A DNA stretch of 64,000 bases from Epiperipatus broadwayi (Eukaryota; Animalia; Onychophora), in NCBI GenBank assembly GCA_028023455.1, contig JAQFVV010000001.1, positions 22,630,001 through 22,694,000 of the forward strand. Reading direction: 5' to 3'. Shown here piece after piece: positions 1 through 15,215 of the stretch. A program made the position numbers and the translations under genes. Within the stretch, counting starts at the first letter, position 1; each line of letters begins with the position of its first letter. The notes below the pieces were generated by a model that did no database searches, was not told the DNA's origin, and saw only the letters and a list, made by a program, of their open reading frames with translations.

Positions 1-3000
1 GCCCATTCAATTAATGACACAGAGACCAATTTATAAAAGTTCAGATCCTAGGCAGGCGGCGGGAAGCAAAAAGAAAATATTGGCACCTGATGAAAGATTT
101 AAAGACTCCAAAAAACAGAAGAGATAAATCCAAAGAATACAGTACACACTACTGAAAACAACCTAGGACATTACAGAATGAGCTCCCTGAGGGACCATCC
201 CTGTCAAAAATCAGACTAAACCAAGGCATTCTTCCAGACTCACACAACAGCAAATAAGCGATGACAAAGACCAATTGTCATCGGCAGTTGAAATATCTCT
301 CTGTGATGACTTAGAAGAAATATTCCAATAACTAATTCAATCCCACCCTCAGTCTAGCTTGCATACCTACACCACAAAGTTATGACTATAAAAATATCAG
401 ATAAATGTCAAAGGCCTTCACTCTTTCAAAAGAGTATAGGCTATCAGCCACTGGATTCAACAATACACACCACAGATTATATGTCTCTCAGAAACAAAGA
501 TAAATCTCCACACACAAGTCAATCTAAACAAACTTTTGGGTAGATTTGGGTCCTTCCATCACTCTATCTTTTCCTTGCCAACAGCAAAAGTTGCCATTCT
601 TATTCACAATAGTTCTCTCTTTACTTCATTTAGGATGAACCAGATTAATCAGTACCTAATAATAGCTACTTTCTTTCACCAATCTTTTACCATCAATATC
701 ATCATTTATATATATTTCTATAAAATTTTAACACTCATCAACTAATTCAGCAAATAAACCTTATCCTTGCTTCTAATCCTTTTCCAACAATCATGTTTGG
801 AGACTTCAACAGTACACATAAAGAATTTAACTCCAAGTACTTACATCTCATTAATAGTAACCTTAGTGGAGAGTTTTCCCCTCCAGATGCCTTCTCATTC
901 TATACACGAAAATACACACCCTTGATTGACCTGTTACTGTTTTCCCCTGAACTTCAATTGATCATCACCCCATTTCTTGAACTGGTTCCATTCTCAGACC
1001 ACTTTGCACTCACCATTAATCTGAATGTTAACTTCAATACTCAATCAACTCCCAAAATTTAATAGCACACTCAGACTGCTTCAAAAAAATACCACACTAA
1101 AAGCAGTAATCTCAGAATCCTACATATTTTTCAATATACTCACTCTACATCTGGTGGAAGCTTGGTTTGCCTTTATCAATATTCTGAGAGACATTATCAA
1201 ACACTTCACTTATAATAACAAAGCATCATCATTCATTATTAAAGAGATGGAAGCCATAAACAATTTTCTCAAATCCCTTCATTGCAACCTGAGTTAAAAC
1301 AACAATATAAAAACAAATTATACTGGCTGAATATCTCTCTATTAAAAAATTCAAAATTTATCTTTCCCAGCCCCATTGCTGGTCCAGAGGCTACATTAGA
1401 TGGGCTCTTGGATATATAGAAAACTGTACTCTCATCTATCATGATTAAATAATAAACTTTTCACAGATGCTATCATGCTATATGAGACCTATAAATACTT
1501 CAAAACTAAGATAACATCTAACATACTCCTCCAATGCCATGCAATAGACCAAGTAGGTTCTATTGAGCCTATGGATATCTCAGGAACAGATTTACTAAAT
1601 AAACAGATCCTTCCCAGACAGTCCTGAGATGCTATCTGTTGCACCTCTCCAGATTCTCTGTACCCATTATATTTAACATGCTCAATTTCCTATCTACCAA
1701 TTCTTATCAAACTGATGGTCTGTGCCCTATTTCTCTGGTCCATTTTATTAAGAAAAACCTTCTTCCTTCTCTGACGGATAATCTCAGACCCATCTCTATG
1801 ACTCCCATCATGATTAAGGTGATTGAATCAATGATTAAGGACAAAATTCAAGGAAAAATTCTTTTGTCAAGCTCGGAATTCCAGTTTGCTAGAAAAGGAA
1901 CCTCAACAGCCAATGCTATCAACCTTCTCCAGATCATCCATGATCACATCAGAACTAACAGAAAAACTTGCCTTATAGTTGTTCAGCTTAACATTGCTGG
2001 TGCTTTTGACAATGTAAAAACTAACGTTCTTCTTGAAATTCTGGGTAAATATGAAGTTCCAAAAGAATTAATCAATATTATCACAAATTTATTCTACAAT
2101 AGAGAGATCTTTATTACCCTCAATGGGAAAATTTTGTACCTGGTTTTAAGCCCTACAATTCCATTCCCCAGGGTTCCCCACTTTCATAGCATTTATCAAA
2201 TCTCTCCTTAAAAGTATAGAAAAAATTTTCCTGGCATTCACATGCTGACAGATCAATCTTTGTCCCCTCAAAAAAATTTCATTCCCAAATTAGCTTCAAA
2301 TTTTGCAAAATTATACCACTCTATTTGGACTCCATTCTAATTTGAATAAATCCTCTGCTTGGAGAATTAATACAGGCACTAATATAGCCTCCGAGTTTAC
2401 AGCCAAACCTCAAAATTTTCTTGGATTTTCGGTATTCAAATCCCATTCAGCTATGAGAAAATCCATTCAAGAGATGATTTTCAATGTAGTACAGTCATGC
2501 CAAAATCTCCTTAATTAACATTCTAATATTTCCTGGAATTAACTATTATATGATAGTCATCAATTTCAGTAACAACTTTAGTCAAAAAAATATTTTTTTA
2601 TGTTCCAAGCTCGTCTGGAATAAAAAAAATTGCAGTCATCAGCCTAAAAAATCTGAAAAAGCATTCCAAGTTCAACGGACTATCTCTACAATTCATTAAT
2701 AACTTCTTTATTCAAAAATCTTTCAATACTGTATATAAGCTCAAAACAAATTATCCTAATGCCATGTTTTTCACTCAAATTGTCCTTAATGATCGGCCTC
2801 CACCAAAAAAGAATGATTGACTTACATCTATAATCTCCTCACTTAATAAAAATATAAACATAAGTGACCCCACATTTATGAAGAAGATCAACTTCTGGGA
2901 GGCATATAATCTCATCCGTACTAATAGAACTCCAAATCCTGCTATGCTTAACATTAACAACAATATCATCATCAGAAAATTCAGGTACTGGCATCTGGAG

Positions 3001-3445
3001 TCGAAGATTAACTTAGATGCTCTACTTACAAACAACCCATTTACTCTCTTACAGAAGACGAATTGCAAAAATAAATCCTACTTGCCAGATATGTTTTAAT
3101 GCAAATGAAACTGTCAGCCATCTGTTTTCATAGTGTCAAGCACTTCAAACTCACAGGAATACGATCTTTGCAATATCCAAAATGAAGAAGCATACACCAT
3201 TATTTCTAATTGACGTACTTCTAATTGACGACATTAAAAGTGGATTCTTCCCAGCAGTAAATGGTTACCTTCTTATTATTTATAATCTGGTCCATCAGAT
3301 GCAAATTAATATTCAATACTTTGATTAGTAACAATCATGAACTTTGCTTATCCTTGATGAACAAAATTAAAGTAAGAGAATAATTACCCCCCCCCCCCGA
3401 CATATTTATGGCCACCTGGAACCTAATCTCTCTTCCCAACAGGCC
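1..3445 (+). mobile_element. Degenerate L1/Tx1-like non-LTR retrotransposon (ORF1 tail, then ORF2 with APE endonuclease, RT and CCHC finger); starts before the window, 3' truncated
   Basis: ORF2 starts at about 382 (INVKGL...ICLSETK). Later frames give MFGDFN and SDH endonuclease motifs (793-1062) and RT motifs LRPISMTP...KVIE, QFARKGTST, LNIAGAFDNV (1639-2211). A C-terminal CQICFNANETVSHLF zinc-knuckle is at about 3082-3130. Many stops and frameshifts. Confidence 0.8.
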
Positions 3446-4575
3446 TTTGATCTAAAGAAACGACTGTATCATAAGTATTCGAGAAATAATTTATTTATTA
3501 TTAATATAAAAAATAGTTTGCTGCAGACGTTAAAAAAAAAAAAAAGCATCTCAAATATACAAATCAATGGTCAACACACGTGTTCATATATTGATTGCTA
3601 TATTAATCCAAAACTAATCTTGTAACTTTTTTTTCCTTCTGGATTTTGAATATCCATATCTGATTACAAATCTACTAATGACAGTTATGTTGTAAGAAAA
3701 TAGAGATACGCTGAATATTTACAAAAGAAAAATCAAGTAATAATATGTAATTTTCTTTCTGGATACAAAAGATGAAAAGTGTCATAATAAATAATTTAAT
3801 GCGAAATAAGAAAAAGTTTGCTAAATCTTTCACGAAAAAGGAAATTTGGAAGTGAGCCTTGAGGAGAATTATTTGTTAATAGGCTGATTGTGTTGTATGA
3901 TAATTAAACATATGCACATATATTTTAATTAACAACCGTTTCAAATAAGTATTAATTTATCTAAGTAGATTTCAAATAATTGCACTAAAATAAGAAATTC
4001 ATGCAAAAGCATAGAAAAATATAAGTATAAAATGTCCACTTGGAGAGTTGATTGTTTGATGATAACAACAACAACAAAAATTTCCGAGCAACAAACAGAG
4101 ATAAGTAATAAAAATTATTTCTAAATCATCGTTCCTGGTAGTTTTCCCTAACTTTTTTGACTTATATAATAACAAAAAAATGTCAAAAGTATATGTGCAT
4201 AAAGATTGCAAGCACATTCTTCAAAGCTTTTTTTTTTAATTGTTTGTTTCAATTTTATGTTTTAAAATTTAGATCGAATCAAATTAGTGAAATTACATTA
4301 TAATTTCCGGTTTAAGGGTCATGGTTGTCTTATTTTTTACCGCTTTATCTAATCAACATAATTTGTTTTTACAAAAAAAAATCATCTTGCGCAATTTATG
4401 TTAGCCCCCAATCTTTATTTTTCGAAATTATTTAGCATTGACATAATCAATCTTAGTATTTACATAATTATAGTAATAGAAGCTGAAAATATAACCCTAA
4501 TTAAAAGTTATTCGATTAGTAAACTCTCTTTGGTTGTAATTTTTTTATTGATTAATATTTTTTTACGGATTAAAA

Positions 4576-4700
4576 ATGGATCCTAAGTCGGGTTTGAATG
4601 AAGCATGTGGTATATTTGGATGTGTTGCCGCTGCTAAATGGCCTACTCAATTAGATGTCGCACAAATTATATACTCTGGTCTTGTCGGTTTGCAACATAG
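4576..4700 (+). CDS. PPAT: Amidophosphoribosyltransferase (glutamine PRPP amidotransferase), first coding exon
   Basis: ATG at 4576 reads [41 protein letters not shown](R), matching the animal PPAT N-terminus (human ...[35 protein letters not shown]). It has a short propeptide before the nucleophile Cys and ends in phase 2 at an AG|gtaact donor (4701). Confidence 0.93.
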
Positions 4701-5633
4701 GTAACTCTTTATTTTATATGTAATATGTATTTTATGTGAACGTTTAACATTCACACGCGCATTCAATTATATTATTCCATATGAAAACGTGTGGGGGATA
4801 GATGCGCGTAACCACATGCATACATTTAATTTTGTTCAGGAAGTTCATAATATTTGCTAAAGTGTTTGCTTATATTCTGTTAAGAAACAAAATCGATTTT
4901 TTTTTTTTTAATGTTAAAATTTATTTAGACATTTTAAAATTTGATTATTCCTGAACCGGTTTTATGTAGAAAAATAAAATGATTAAGTCAAATCTTCCCA
5001 TTTTTTATTTTTTTATATCCTACTTACAGAATTATTTGAAATATTTTAAGTATAAGTACAAATTATGAACAGACACGTACATAAGCAACTCTTTCTACTT
5101 TATTATCACTATATGAATTCTCTTCTTACCATTTTATAAACATCATTCCTCCTTTTTTTTTTTTTTTATATATGTCAAAGTCTTGACGGAGCATCTGAGA
5201 AAGAAAGAAAGTACCTAATGATTTTCATTAGCTGAATATTTCACAACTTTCGCTTCACAATTAAATCACATGATTTTGTCTTTTAGTTATTAAAGAAGCT
5301 TGGCAACATTTTATGGTAGAATTATTTGAAATATATGTATTAAAATATTGTACTGATTTATATATGTAATAAAAGTATATATACACACACACTCTCTTGT
5401 ATGCTACTTAACAGATTCAATTTGCGTTACAACATTTAACATTTACAAAAACATCTCTAGTTAATTAATTCAAGTTTCTTGCTTTGACATAAACTCTTGT
5501 GGAATGTGAATTTTATTATATCTCCTCAAGATTGTTTATAAATTCATAACACACCTAAAGATTTATTTCTAACATTGCAGTAATTCATAAAATATTTTGA
5601 TTTACAATAAGTGGATACTAAATACATTTTTAC

Positions 5634-6133
5634 AAATGCAATTTGTCCACTTTACTTTGAACACTTTTTAGCAAAAAATTTTTCTATTGTAAATATGAAC
5701 ACAATCATGTTTCAACTGTCTTGCAGTCTTCTTCAGAGCTATGATATAATAACAATTAAAATAACTATATAAATAATACCATAAAAATGTAAATAAAATT
5801 AATAAAAATAAAGAAAAACAATATAAAATGTAACAAAATATTATAAAACTGAAATAAATGTAATCAAATCAAATAAAAAAATCCAGGTAATATAAAATAA
5901 AATATACAACATGAAATATAAAATAAATTATGCATGTGTATTTTATTTTATTTGGTTTTGATTAATTTATTTCAGTTTTATAACATTTTATTATATTATC
6001 TTTTGTGTTGTTTTCTTTATTTTTATTGTTTATATTTTTGGACAGTTGAAAACTAAGTTTGTTTGTACATATATACAATAAAAAAAAAATTATTGCTAAA
6101 AAGTGTTCAAAGTAAGACGGACAAATTGCATTT
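5634..6133. mobile_element. ~500 bp fold-back / MITE-like element
   Basis: The left arm aaatgcaatttgtcc...ttcaactgtc is the imperfect reverse complement of the right arm gacagttgaaa...ggacaaattgcattt. The inner A-rich and T-rich halves are also complementary. No coding capacity. Confidence 0.65.
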
Positions 6134-8399
6134 ATGTAAGATATTATAGCAAAATAAAGGAAGTGGTGGATTTCATAATATTTGTTAAATTTTTAAAAAT
6201 TATTCATAAGAAATTTGCACTTCATGCACACTAAATCTTTTGTTTGAACTGGAAGAAATTCAGTACTTCACTAAGTGATGCCAAGAAGAGATGTGCTGAC
6301 AAAACAGGACCATATAGATTATTTTAAATATTGTAAAAGGTGTCATAATTTCAATGACCTAAAGTATTCTCTTCTTGATTTTGGAATATATTTTAAATTA
6401 TTTTAATATAATGATCAGTGGTATTTTTTAAAATTCATTATGGATAATGAGCCTTTTCTTTAAAATAGCTAAATTCATTGGCTAAAAAGAACTTCTATTT
6501 TTTGTTTGTCTATTACAAATGCTAACATAAGAATGTGGATTATGTTTTCGATAAAATGTATGACACTTCATCTCAATCAATCAAAAATTAAGGGGGGGGG
6601 GCAGTTGTTTAAAATATGTGAGATTGATTTTACATGTGAATTATTTAATCATGATCTGTAAAAATGGACTACAATCTGTTGTTATTTAAAAATAAGATGG
6701 TTAGAGAACTGCCATAAAAGTTTTAAATCCAGAATTTATTAAAAGGATAGAAGCATCATAAATGTATATCAGGTTATTTTTTTATGTGATTCAGTATTGT
6801 TTTATCTTTTTATAAAGCACCGTATCTTGAGAAATGTATAGATGACACTTTCTAGGTTAATTTTTTAAAGATTATCAATAGTATCTGCACTTGTAATGTT
6901 TATATTTTATGAAGTAAGCTGATTTGAGATCATATTACAAGAACATTGAATTTAAAAATTGAATTTGGGATTTTTATCTAACAATCTCTTAAAAGCTAAT
7001 GCAATCATAAGGTGTTTATAAAATTGTGAGCCTACAAATTCAACAACCTTGTTTTAGGATTCTAATAAAGATTGGTTTCATGGAGGTTTTCCTGTAAGTA
7101 TATTGCGATAAATTTGTATATATGTTGGTGATTGTTTAATGTGAAACCTTGGAATACCTTTATAAACTATTCAAAATGTCAAAAACAACTAGCTTCTTAA
7201 AAGAAAAATTATAAATCTGATTAGGACTGATAGGAATATATAAATATGAATACTAATTTAGAACTTTTTAAAAATTATTTTTTATAAAAAATTTTGACAA
7301 TTTTTATCAAAGAACGATTATATATTTATGTGTATATCACAGATGTCTCACATAGTGTTAGAAATGTTAATAACAATAATTAATAGTCAAAGCACAAAAA
7401 GCTAACAGAGATAAATTCCTATCCATGGGATTCATCTGCTACTCTATCATAGCACAAGACCTATACAGGACAAAGTTAGAAATCAAAATATGAAAGTAAA
7501 ATATTTTTATATTAATGTATGGTTGTTCAAGATTACCTTCAATAATTTGGAGTTCTGTCCAAAATCTGAATCACAGTTTAATATAATATGGTGGATGTAT
7601 ATAATGCAGTATTAGGTATGAATATAACATTACAAATATAGAAATAGAACTAAAAATAATAATCAGAGAGAAAGATATAAATGATGAGACAAAAGAAGTT
7701 AGAAATTGTCATGGTAACTAATGAGAAAGCTGCTCAAAAAAAAACACATAAATAACATTGCATCAATATGAAAAAGACTATAAATAGGCAATACCATTAT
7801 TGAAAAATAAAGTTGGAGATAAACAAAAATAATAATTTCTTTTTGGAAAGCCTTTACAATCCAGTGTTCAAGGAGTTAATATCTAGATTAGGTGATAGAT
7901 CAAACCATGATAAAATTCAAGGAGCAAATAAAAAGCAAAATAGTATGAAGCAATTTTTTTAAGTACTCATTGCTAATTCCCTTTCAGTATTCAAAGTACA
8001 GATATTCAAGTGGTTTCTTGTCATTGCATGATCAATAAGTACTTTTCTTTCTGCTGTACTAATATAGATAGAAATGGAAATTATAAATATAGAAATTAAT
8101 TTAATTTTAAAAATTATGTGATACTTTGTATTATTAATAATAATGATTAACTTTTTTTTATTTGTTGGAATAAAACTAATATATATTTATTAAAGCTATT
8201 TGGAAAGAAAAAATATCTGATATTTTTGACTTGTATATATTAAACTGCAATATAATTTATGAGAATATTTATCATTGATTAGTTTTTATGTAATGGACTA
8301 AACATTTTATTTTAAGTTAATTTCAATTAGCTTGAACATCATTTTTTGGCAAAAAATATTTTTTTAAAAATGTTAATGATCAGGTGTCATATGTAGAAC

Positions 8400-9700
8400 A
8401 TATTAGAACTCAGTTTCTTTTGTACTATTGTGCATATAAAAACAGATTTAAAAGTAAAAAAGTGAAAAGTAGAGGAAAGAAAAGTTACCATAGAGTGTGT
8501 GGGCATTCATCAATATTTGTTCTTTGGATATTTGTATTTATAAACAAATTATTTAAAATTATATTGCATAGTTCATGGAACTATATGTTACCCACTGATG
8601 AGGGAATAAGAATTTAAAAAGATGAAAAAGATATGTATATATTTTTATTTTATAATAAAAATACAGCAAGATTCTCCATAATATTCAGACACAATTTTTT
8701 TCTGTTCAGATTCAAGTCTCATATCTTCATATTCTCTATTGTGAAATGCACCATTTCAGAGTAATATTTATAACGGTGTGATTTTTTGGAATCTATATGT
8801 ATAGAAACAAGTTCTCTCATAGCATGCATGAATGCTTGTTAAACCATTATTTGTGAGATATTCATTATACCATTTGCATAATGTTTTCTGGATCACACAA
8901 AATAAATGGAAAATATGAATGTGAAAGTTATAACATTCACTATAATTGTTTATCAAGATTATAATCATTAATTTCATTATCTAATAATGATACACCAAGA
9001 AAAAAATGCAATAACTTGCCCTCAAAAACTTATAAACTTCCAGCACCTACAGCTTGTCTCATGAAAGTCTAATATTTCCTACTTTGTCTTCATCATTTCG
9101 TTTGGTTCTTATGAATCTTAAGTTGTTTATTTTAAGGGTATTTTATCTCTGTAATCATGGCATCATTGTGTTTCTGTTGTTATTAGTTTTATCCATTCAG
9201 CTTTTATGCAACCACTATTGCAGGCCTTTGTGGCAAAACCATTACACTAAATCCTTTGATAGCACATGGGAACCTATCTGAATATTATCAATTTTTTTTC
9301 CCATTTTCTTTTACTATCCAGGAAATAGAGTTGAGAGATTTGTCCTTACAGTTCACTTTACTAAAGGTTCAGCTATTCATAATTGTATTAACTATAATAT
9401 GTCATGTCAAAAGGATTCTAGCTATGCAGGTGTTCCAACTGCCTACTGCAGCTTTCTTTATGACTTTTTTATTTTTTGAACCAATCTCCCAACCTGATAA
9501 TCATTTTCATAATGAAACTGTGTGGTGAATATTTGTTCTATACTGTTGTTGGAACACATTTTTTTTCTGTTGTCAATGTTGTACCATTATTATATTATTG
9601 GCTTTGATATACAATAAGTGGTATATAGTCTTTTTACTACTTCAATGGAGGCTATGCATGAAGTGATGATACTTCGGTCACCTCTGGTCTCTTGAAAAAT
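8400..9700 (-). mobile_element. Highly degenerate Tc1/IS630-like transposase remnant
   Basis: Minus-strand fragments YSDRF (~FSDEKRF), KGLQ*WLH (~DGLQYYWH) and DLNLNRKNCV*ILW (~DLNPIENLW) occur in the expected order. TIRs not identified. Confidence 0.45.
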
Positions 9701-12700
9701 ATATTAATAACTTTGACCCTTCTCATCCATAAATATCAGGATCAGATTTGATTTTATCCTTTGCTTGAAAATTTAGTTTAACTTAGAGAGCTGACATAGT
9801 GGGTCTCAGACTCAATTTCAGTATGAAAGACAGATCATTAGACATAGGGTTTAGCCATCATTTTTATTTTTAATGATCGTAACCACTTGAAAATGATCTC
9901 AGGAAAAATCTCCCTATTCTGTATCCTAGTGTGTCAGACTGTGCAACTTGATTTTTATAAGATTTTTGATATCATGAGTTACTGTCCAGAGAGAAATTTC
10001 AGAATCGTGTAAGTTAATCTAATTATCTTTAAATAGAATTCAGTATTTAAATATATTTTTGTATCACATTATAAGTACCAGATTCATTGACCAAGCTATT
10101 TACCTGTTGGTTTATGCTTTTGCCTGTTTTAGTTATTGTTATTGTTAGTTATCTAATTGGTCATATATATTATTTATTTATTTCATATTTCACTTTATTG
10201 GATATCAATTATTTAGATAAGCTTTAGATAAATCTAATATCATTTGTAAATATTGATTTTTGATGATTATATCAAAGGTTATTACTTTTCTTCATTGATG
10301 ATTAAACACATACAATTTGTATTCTGAGTAGCAATAAAAATGAGAATTAAATTTAACATAAACAATTTTATGTGTTTAACATAGTTCTAAAGCCTAGAGA
10401 TGTGCCTACATCTTCCCTGAACTATAAGCAATATTAGAGGAGCTAGTGAAATATTAATAATATAATGAATCTTATCTCTTACTTCAGTCGGAAAGTTTAC
10501 AAATTGTTGTCATAATGTATTAATAACTAGCAAATTATTTACTCTGTAAAAACAAATTTATTCCAAGAAAAAATATTACATAAATTGGTCTGTATTAAAC
10601 AGATTTATGCCATGTAGCACTAAAAAAAAGTTAATGCCAACAATTGTTTGACTGAAAGAAAATAAAATATAACACAGATGCATGCAATTATACAGAAAAA
10701 AAAAAAACAGCTAAGACAATGAAACATGGACCAGTTTGAAAATACACACAAGTAGATAGATGTTCAAAATGATGATGCTTCTATTAATATTTATATTTTA
10801 ATATGTTATTTAACTGAATTGCCAGGTAACAAATTAAGAATAGAGTTGTTTAAAATAAAATATTATACTGTATTTAATAACTATATTGGCACTATGCATA
10901 TATTCAGATTTAATACAATATATGAAAATGTAATTATAATTAAACATTGAATAATTTATTTATAGTGAAAGCATGATTATTATTTATTTTACAGTAATGA
11001 TAGCAGCATAAATGTAGATATGCCATAATTCAAGTATAGATAAAAGAATCACTTAAAATAAATATTAAAGAATATAATATTATTTATAATATTAAATCTT
11101 AATCAAAACTTAAGAAACAAAATTATATTTAAAAAAATGTTATTAATGAAAATAATGATGTAAAAATGTTAAGCAATGTTAATTCTAGAGAGATTAAAAT
11201 GAAATATTTAAGGTTATTAAAAAAATGAGAAAATATATATTTTATCAATGTTATTTTTTATCCACTGAAGTAAAATTATTAAAGATCATATGAGATAATA
11301 TCAAAGTATGAAATAATAATCAGAATATAATTTACAATCCAGCAAAGGAGCAGAATAAACTGCTGTGTATTCTATAAGTTTGGGTGACCAGATTGAATCA
11401 CAATATTGTTGTTACATATTTTTCTTTTTTAAAACTGTTAATTGTACTGCTTTGAATACACAAAAGCTAGTCTGAAGAGTTTTCATTTGGTGTTAAGTTT
11501 TTTCTCATTTTTAAACTGTTTTTTTTTTTTTAATTTAAAAAAAAAAAGATCAACATGCATATGTTTATATATAAGTAATTTTATTTAAAAATTTTGAATT
11601 AGTATGTTCAAGTTTACAACGAAAAGATTTACTTGAAATTATTATAATCTTCTTAAAATGCATAAATTACGTATATAAGAGTAATAAAAATAGAAAACCT
11701 AGGGTTTATTTTTGATAAGGCATGGACAACTTGTTTTTTGTTTTTTTTTGAGTAGGAAGTTTCATGAAATATTACTCATTATTCATCAGGCCAAAACAAT
11801 TTAAAATATGTAAAGTATTACTCTTCTATTTCTCTCACTTTTTGTTTTTAGCCAATATCTTTTATATATTATGATGCATATATTTTTATTTTAGATTTCA
11901 TTTTAATAAATTGTGTTTTCAATACTTTATATAAAGACACCCAGCTAAAACTTTTAATGCAAAAATGATCAATATCATTAAAAAAAGGAAAATTCTGAAA
12001 ATTATATACACATATACATCCATGACACAGATATAAAAATACAAATATTAGCTATATTTTTATAGGTAAATCAACAGAAATAAATTTGTTTTAATTTATA
12101 ATATATAGAAAATACTTCAAATGATTTATGCCCCTTGCCTGATTTAGTGTGATAATTGAATACCTGAACAGAGATAATTTGTAAAGCAGTATTTATTTTA
12201 TTAATGTAGTGTGGTTAAAGTAGATCTAACTTCATATCCCTATTTATTTCATCTCTAAGATAAATGCATTATTATTACATAAAGTAAAAGATTTAGATAA
12301 AATCAAAATATTGTAAGCTTTGAACAGTTTAATTATTATGACAAATTTACTGGAATCTAAAATTATATATAACTTTTAATAAATTACATACTAAGGTTAA
12401 GTTCATTCTTATTAGATTAGTAAAGGGTAATTATATCATTTTTAAAAATCTGTTTGAATAAAAATTGATTTTATTTATAAATTTAAATTTTTGTTAATTT
12501 TAAGTTTAATTAGCATAGGAAGAATGACATGAAATTTGGCTCCTCACAACCCATCATAATTATAACAAGGCCATTTTCTATATATTATTATTTTAATATG
12601 AATTACTTAAAAACATTTTTTATTTAATCTTGAATAAACACTTAAAAACAATAAAATAGTATAAAGAATAAATTTGTATATATATATTTTGAAAAATAAA

Positions 12701-14877
12701 ATTAAGAGGGGGGGGAATAATTTAATGAGTATATGAAAATAAATAATTCTAATTAGTATTATATTATTTTTTAATTTATTTTCTTTAAAAAATAGTTTCC
12801 ATTTGATATACTTTATAGAAAAATACAATTTTTTTTTTTTAAAAAAGAGCTGGAAGGAAAAAACCTATATCTAAATCATCTGAAATGAAGTTTGTAGTAT
12901 TTTTTTTAAAAATTGATTTTAGTGAAATAAAGGGAGGGGGGTTTAAAAATCTGATTATATAAAAATAAATACATAAAGAATATATATATTAATAGACTAG
13001 CTTGTTGCTTAGGAAAACATATAACATTAAATATAAAAATTAATAGGTTGAGCTTTCAAAACACATAATTGAAACATGTATATAATAAATTGCATGTGTG
13101 CCAGTATATATATATTGTCATGTACACATGTTGCCAACTATAGTTTCCTTGTAGTGTATAAATAACTAAATAAAGAAACAATTAAAGGTCATCTATTTAA
13201 TAAAATATATTTTATTGTTTTGAATGAATCTGAAATAAATGAACTATTTATTAAATTTTAAAATGAAACATTTTTGTTTAAATTATTGTCAAATGATAAC
13301 AATATCTTATTGGGATTAGAAAAAAGAGAGTCACATGTTCACAAGCCAGTGTTTAAAGAAAGGAAAAGACTGTTTTGTGTTGCCATAGCTACAAAAACAA
13401 TTTTAATTACATTCGAATATCAGCCTTTCAAGCTAATTGTATACAGACGTTATAAAAATAAATGCTTATTTATATAAAAATAATTTTAGTAATAACACAG
13501 ATTTGCTTAAAAATTTGTTTATTTTACCTTACTTTTATAAATATATTCAGGGCATATAGCAAAGAAATATGCATTGTGGGTAAAATAACTTACAGAGGGG
13601 AGCATGATCTCATTCATTTGCTATCTTTGTAATTAAAATGAAATGGACCTCACAAACACTATGCTGACTGCCATAGAGCTAAGATCATTGAATTTACCAT
13701 GGTTTGTGATATCAACAGGAATAATTGAATATTATCTAATGATTTAAATTGCTTATGGATTCTTATGTTTGTGTTTTGCTAGCAAAAAAAAAGTACCAAT
13801 GGAAACATTGTCAAATAATGAAATATCAACTGAAGTCATATACATGCAAAAACTGTGATAACAGATGCTAATAAAAATCTTTTAAATTACTACTGTCAGA
13901 TAAGTTTCATCGGCACCGTTTCATCTTCAAAAAAAAGAAATGGTTAAAATGAATAATGATAACTTTAATGATAAAACATTTATTAAAGTCTTTTTTATTA
14001 TTAATAATTTTCATTAATCTAGTCTTATTTATTCAATAATTGTTAAACAATATGAAAAATATAATTTTTCTCTTTTAGAAAAAAGTAACAATTTTAAAAA
14101 CTTTTATTACTTTGTTTCCTTATATTTTGAGAAAGAGTTTATTTTTAAACCTTTTATGACTGTATGCTTTAATAGTTTAAAATATATATTGTATCTATTA
14201 ACTGCAATCTTAAAAAGGGGGAAGTAGATTATGAAAATATATAATAGGATACTAGATTGCAGTTGGTAAATTAGAATTATAATCTTTATCTTAGCCACTT
14301 CAATGAGTTAATGCTTGTTTCAATAAATTTATATTATTATTAACCTAAATACTTTGATTTGCCTATTGCATCAATCATTATAAAACTTTTATTACACAAT
14401 TTATTTTACAATGAAAATAATTCATTGTACATCCCATACTATACTTTATTATCAACTAAGTCATCATTTATTGAATCATATTTTCTTTGCCAAGCAAAAT
14501 ACTCATACTCTGGACCATTGGTGCTTACAAATTCATAAGTTGTAAATATAACTTTAAACTGTCATAGAGTCATTTATGAATCAACATATTTATTTGTATA
14601 TTTTAGTTGCCTAAATATTTAGTGCATAATGGATAAAAACATTTAGTTTATGATTTTATTTATTATATGTGGTTACCCAAATCTATAAGATATTTGCAGG
14701 CCAGCTATCCCTATTCAGTTATAATATTTTTTTGTTATAATCATGATTACCAAAATCTTCAAACTATTCAGTGAACAGGATTTATTTTACCTTTACATTT
14801 TGGCGGTCTTTATAAATTTTTTTTCACATTTTGGCCCATCTAACAAGGAAATATTGCTATTTATGAAATAATGTGAT

Positions 14878-15215
14878 CAGCCATTGTCAAAGTTAACTTT
14901 TGGTAATACTAACATAATAGTTAATTTGGAAAAGTATGAATTGAGAACCATGAGGGAGTTGATTGAAATATCAAAAAGATAACTAAAGCCCAATGTATTA
15001 TAGCCTTATGGAGACCACTTATTTTGTCTCTTTCTTTTAATATAAATTTAAAAACAATTATTGGTGGAACTGAAGAAAATAAACATTTTGTTAATTCACA
15101 TATTCTGAATGCTCAATTACTTCTAATTCAATCTCATTCTTTATCTCACACTCAATCTCATTACTATTTGAGATCTAATGATTTTTTTTTGAAAAGTTGA
15201 CCTTGACAATGGCAG
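14878..15215. repeat. Short inverted-repeat pair, possible MITE ends
   Basis: cagccattgtcaaagttaactttt (14878-14901) versus aaaagttgaccttgacaatggcag (about 15192-15215), 21 of 24 positions complementary. Confidence 0.4.

Noticed and set aside
3600-4400. Divergent PAICS start (PPAT-PAICS head-to-head pair as in vertebrates)
   Set aside because: No PAICS-like coding sequence is visible on the minus strand; a tiny first exon cannot be excluded but is unsupported.
10000-14800. Short Ile/Phe/Lys-rich ORFs in the supplied track across AT-rich intervals here and elsewhere
   Set aside because: Composition-driven ORFs with no motifs or splice context; treated as non-coding.
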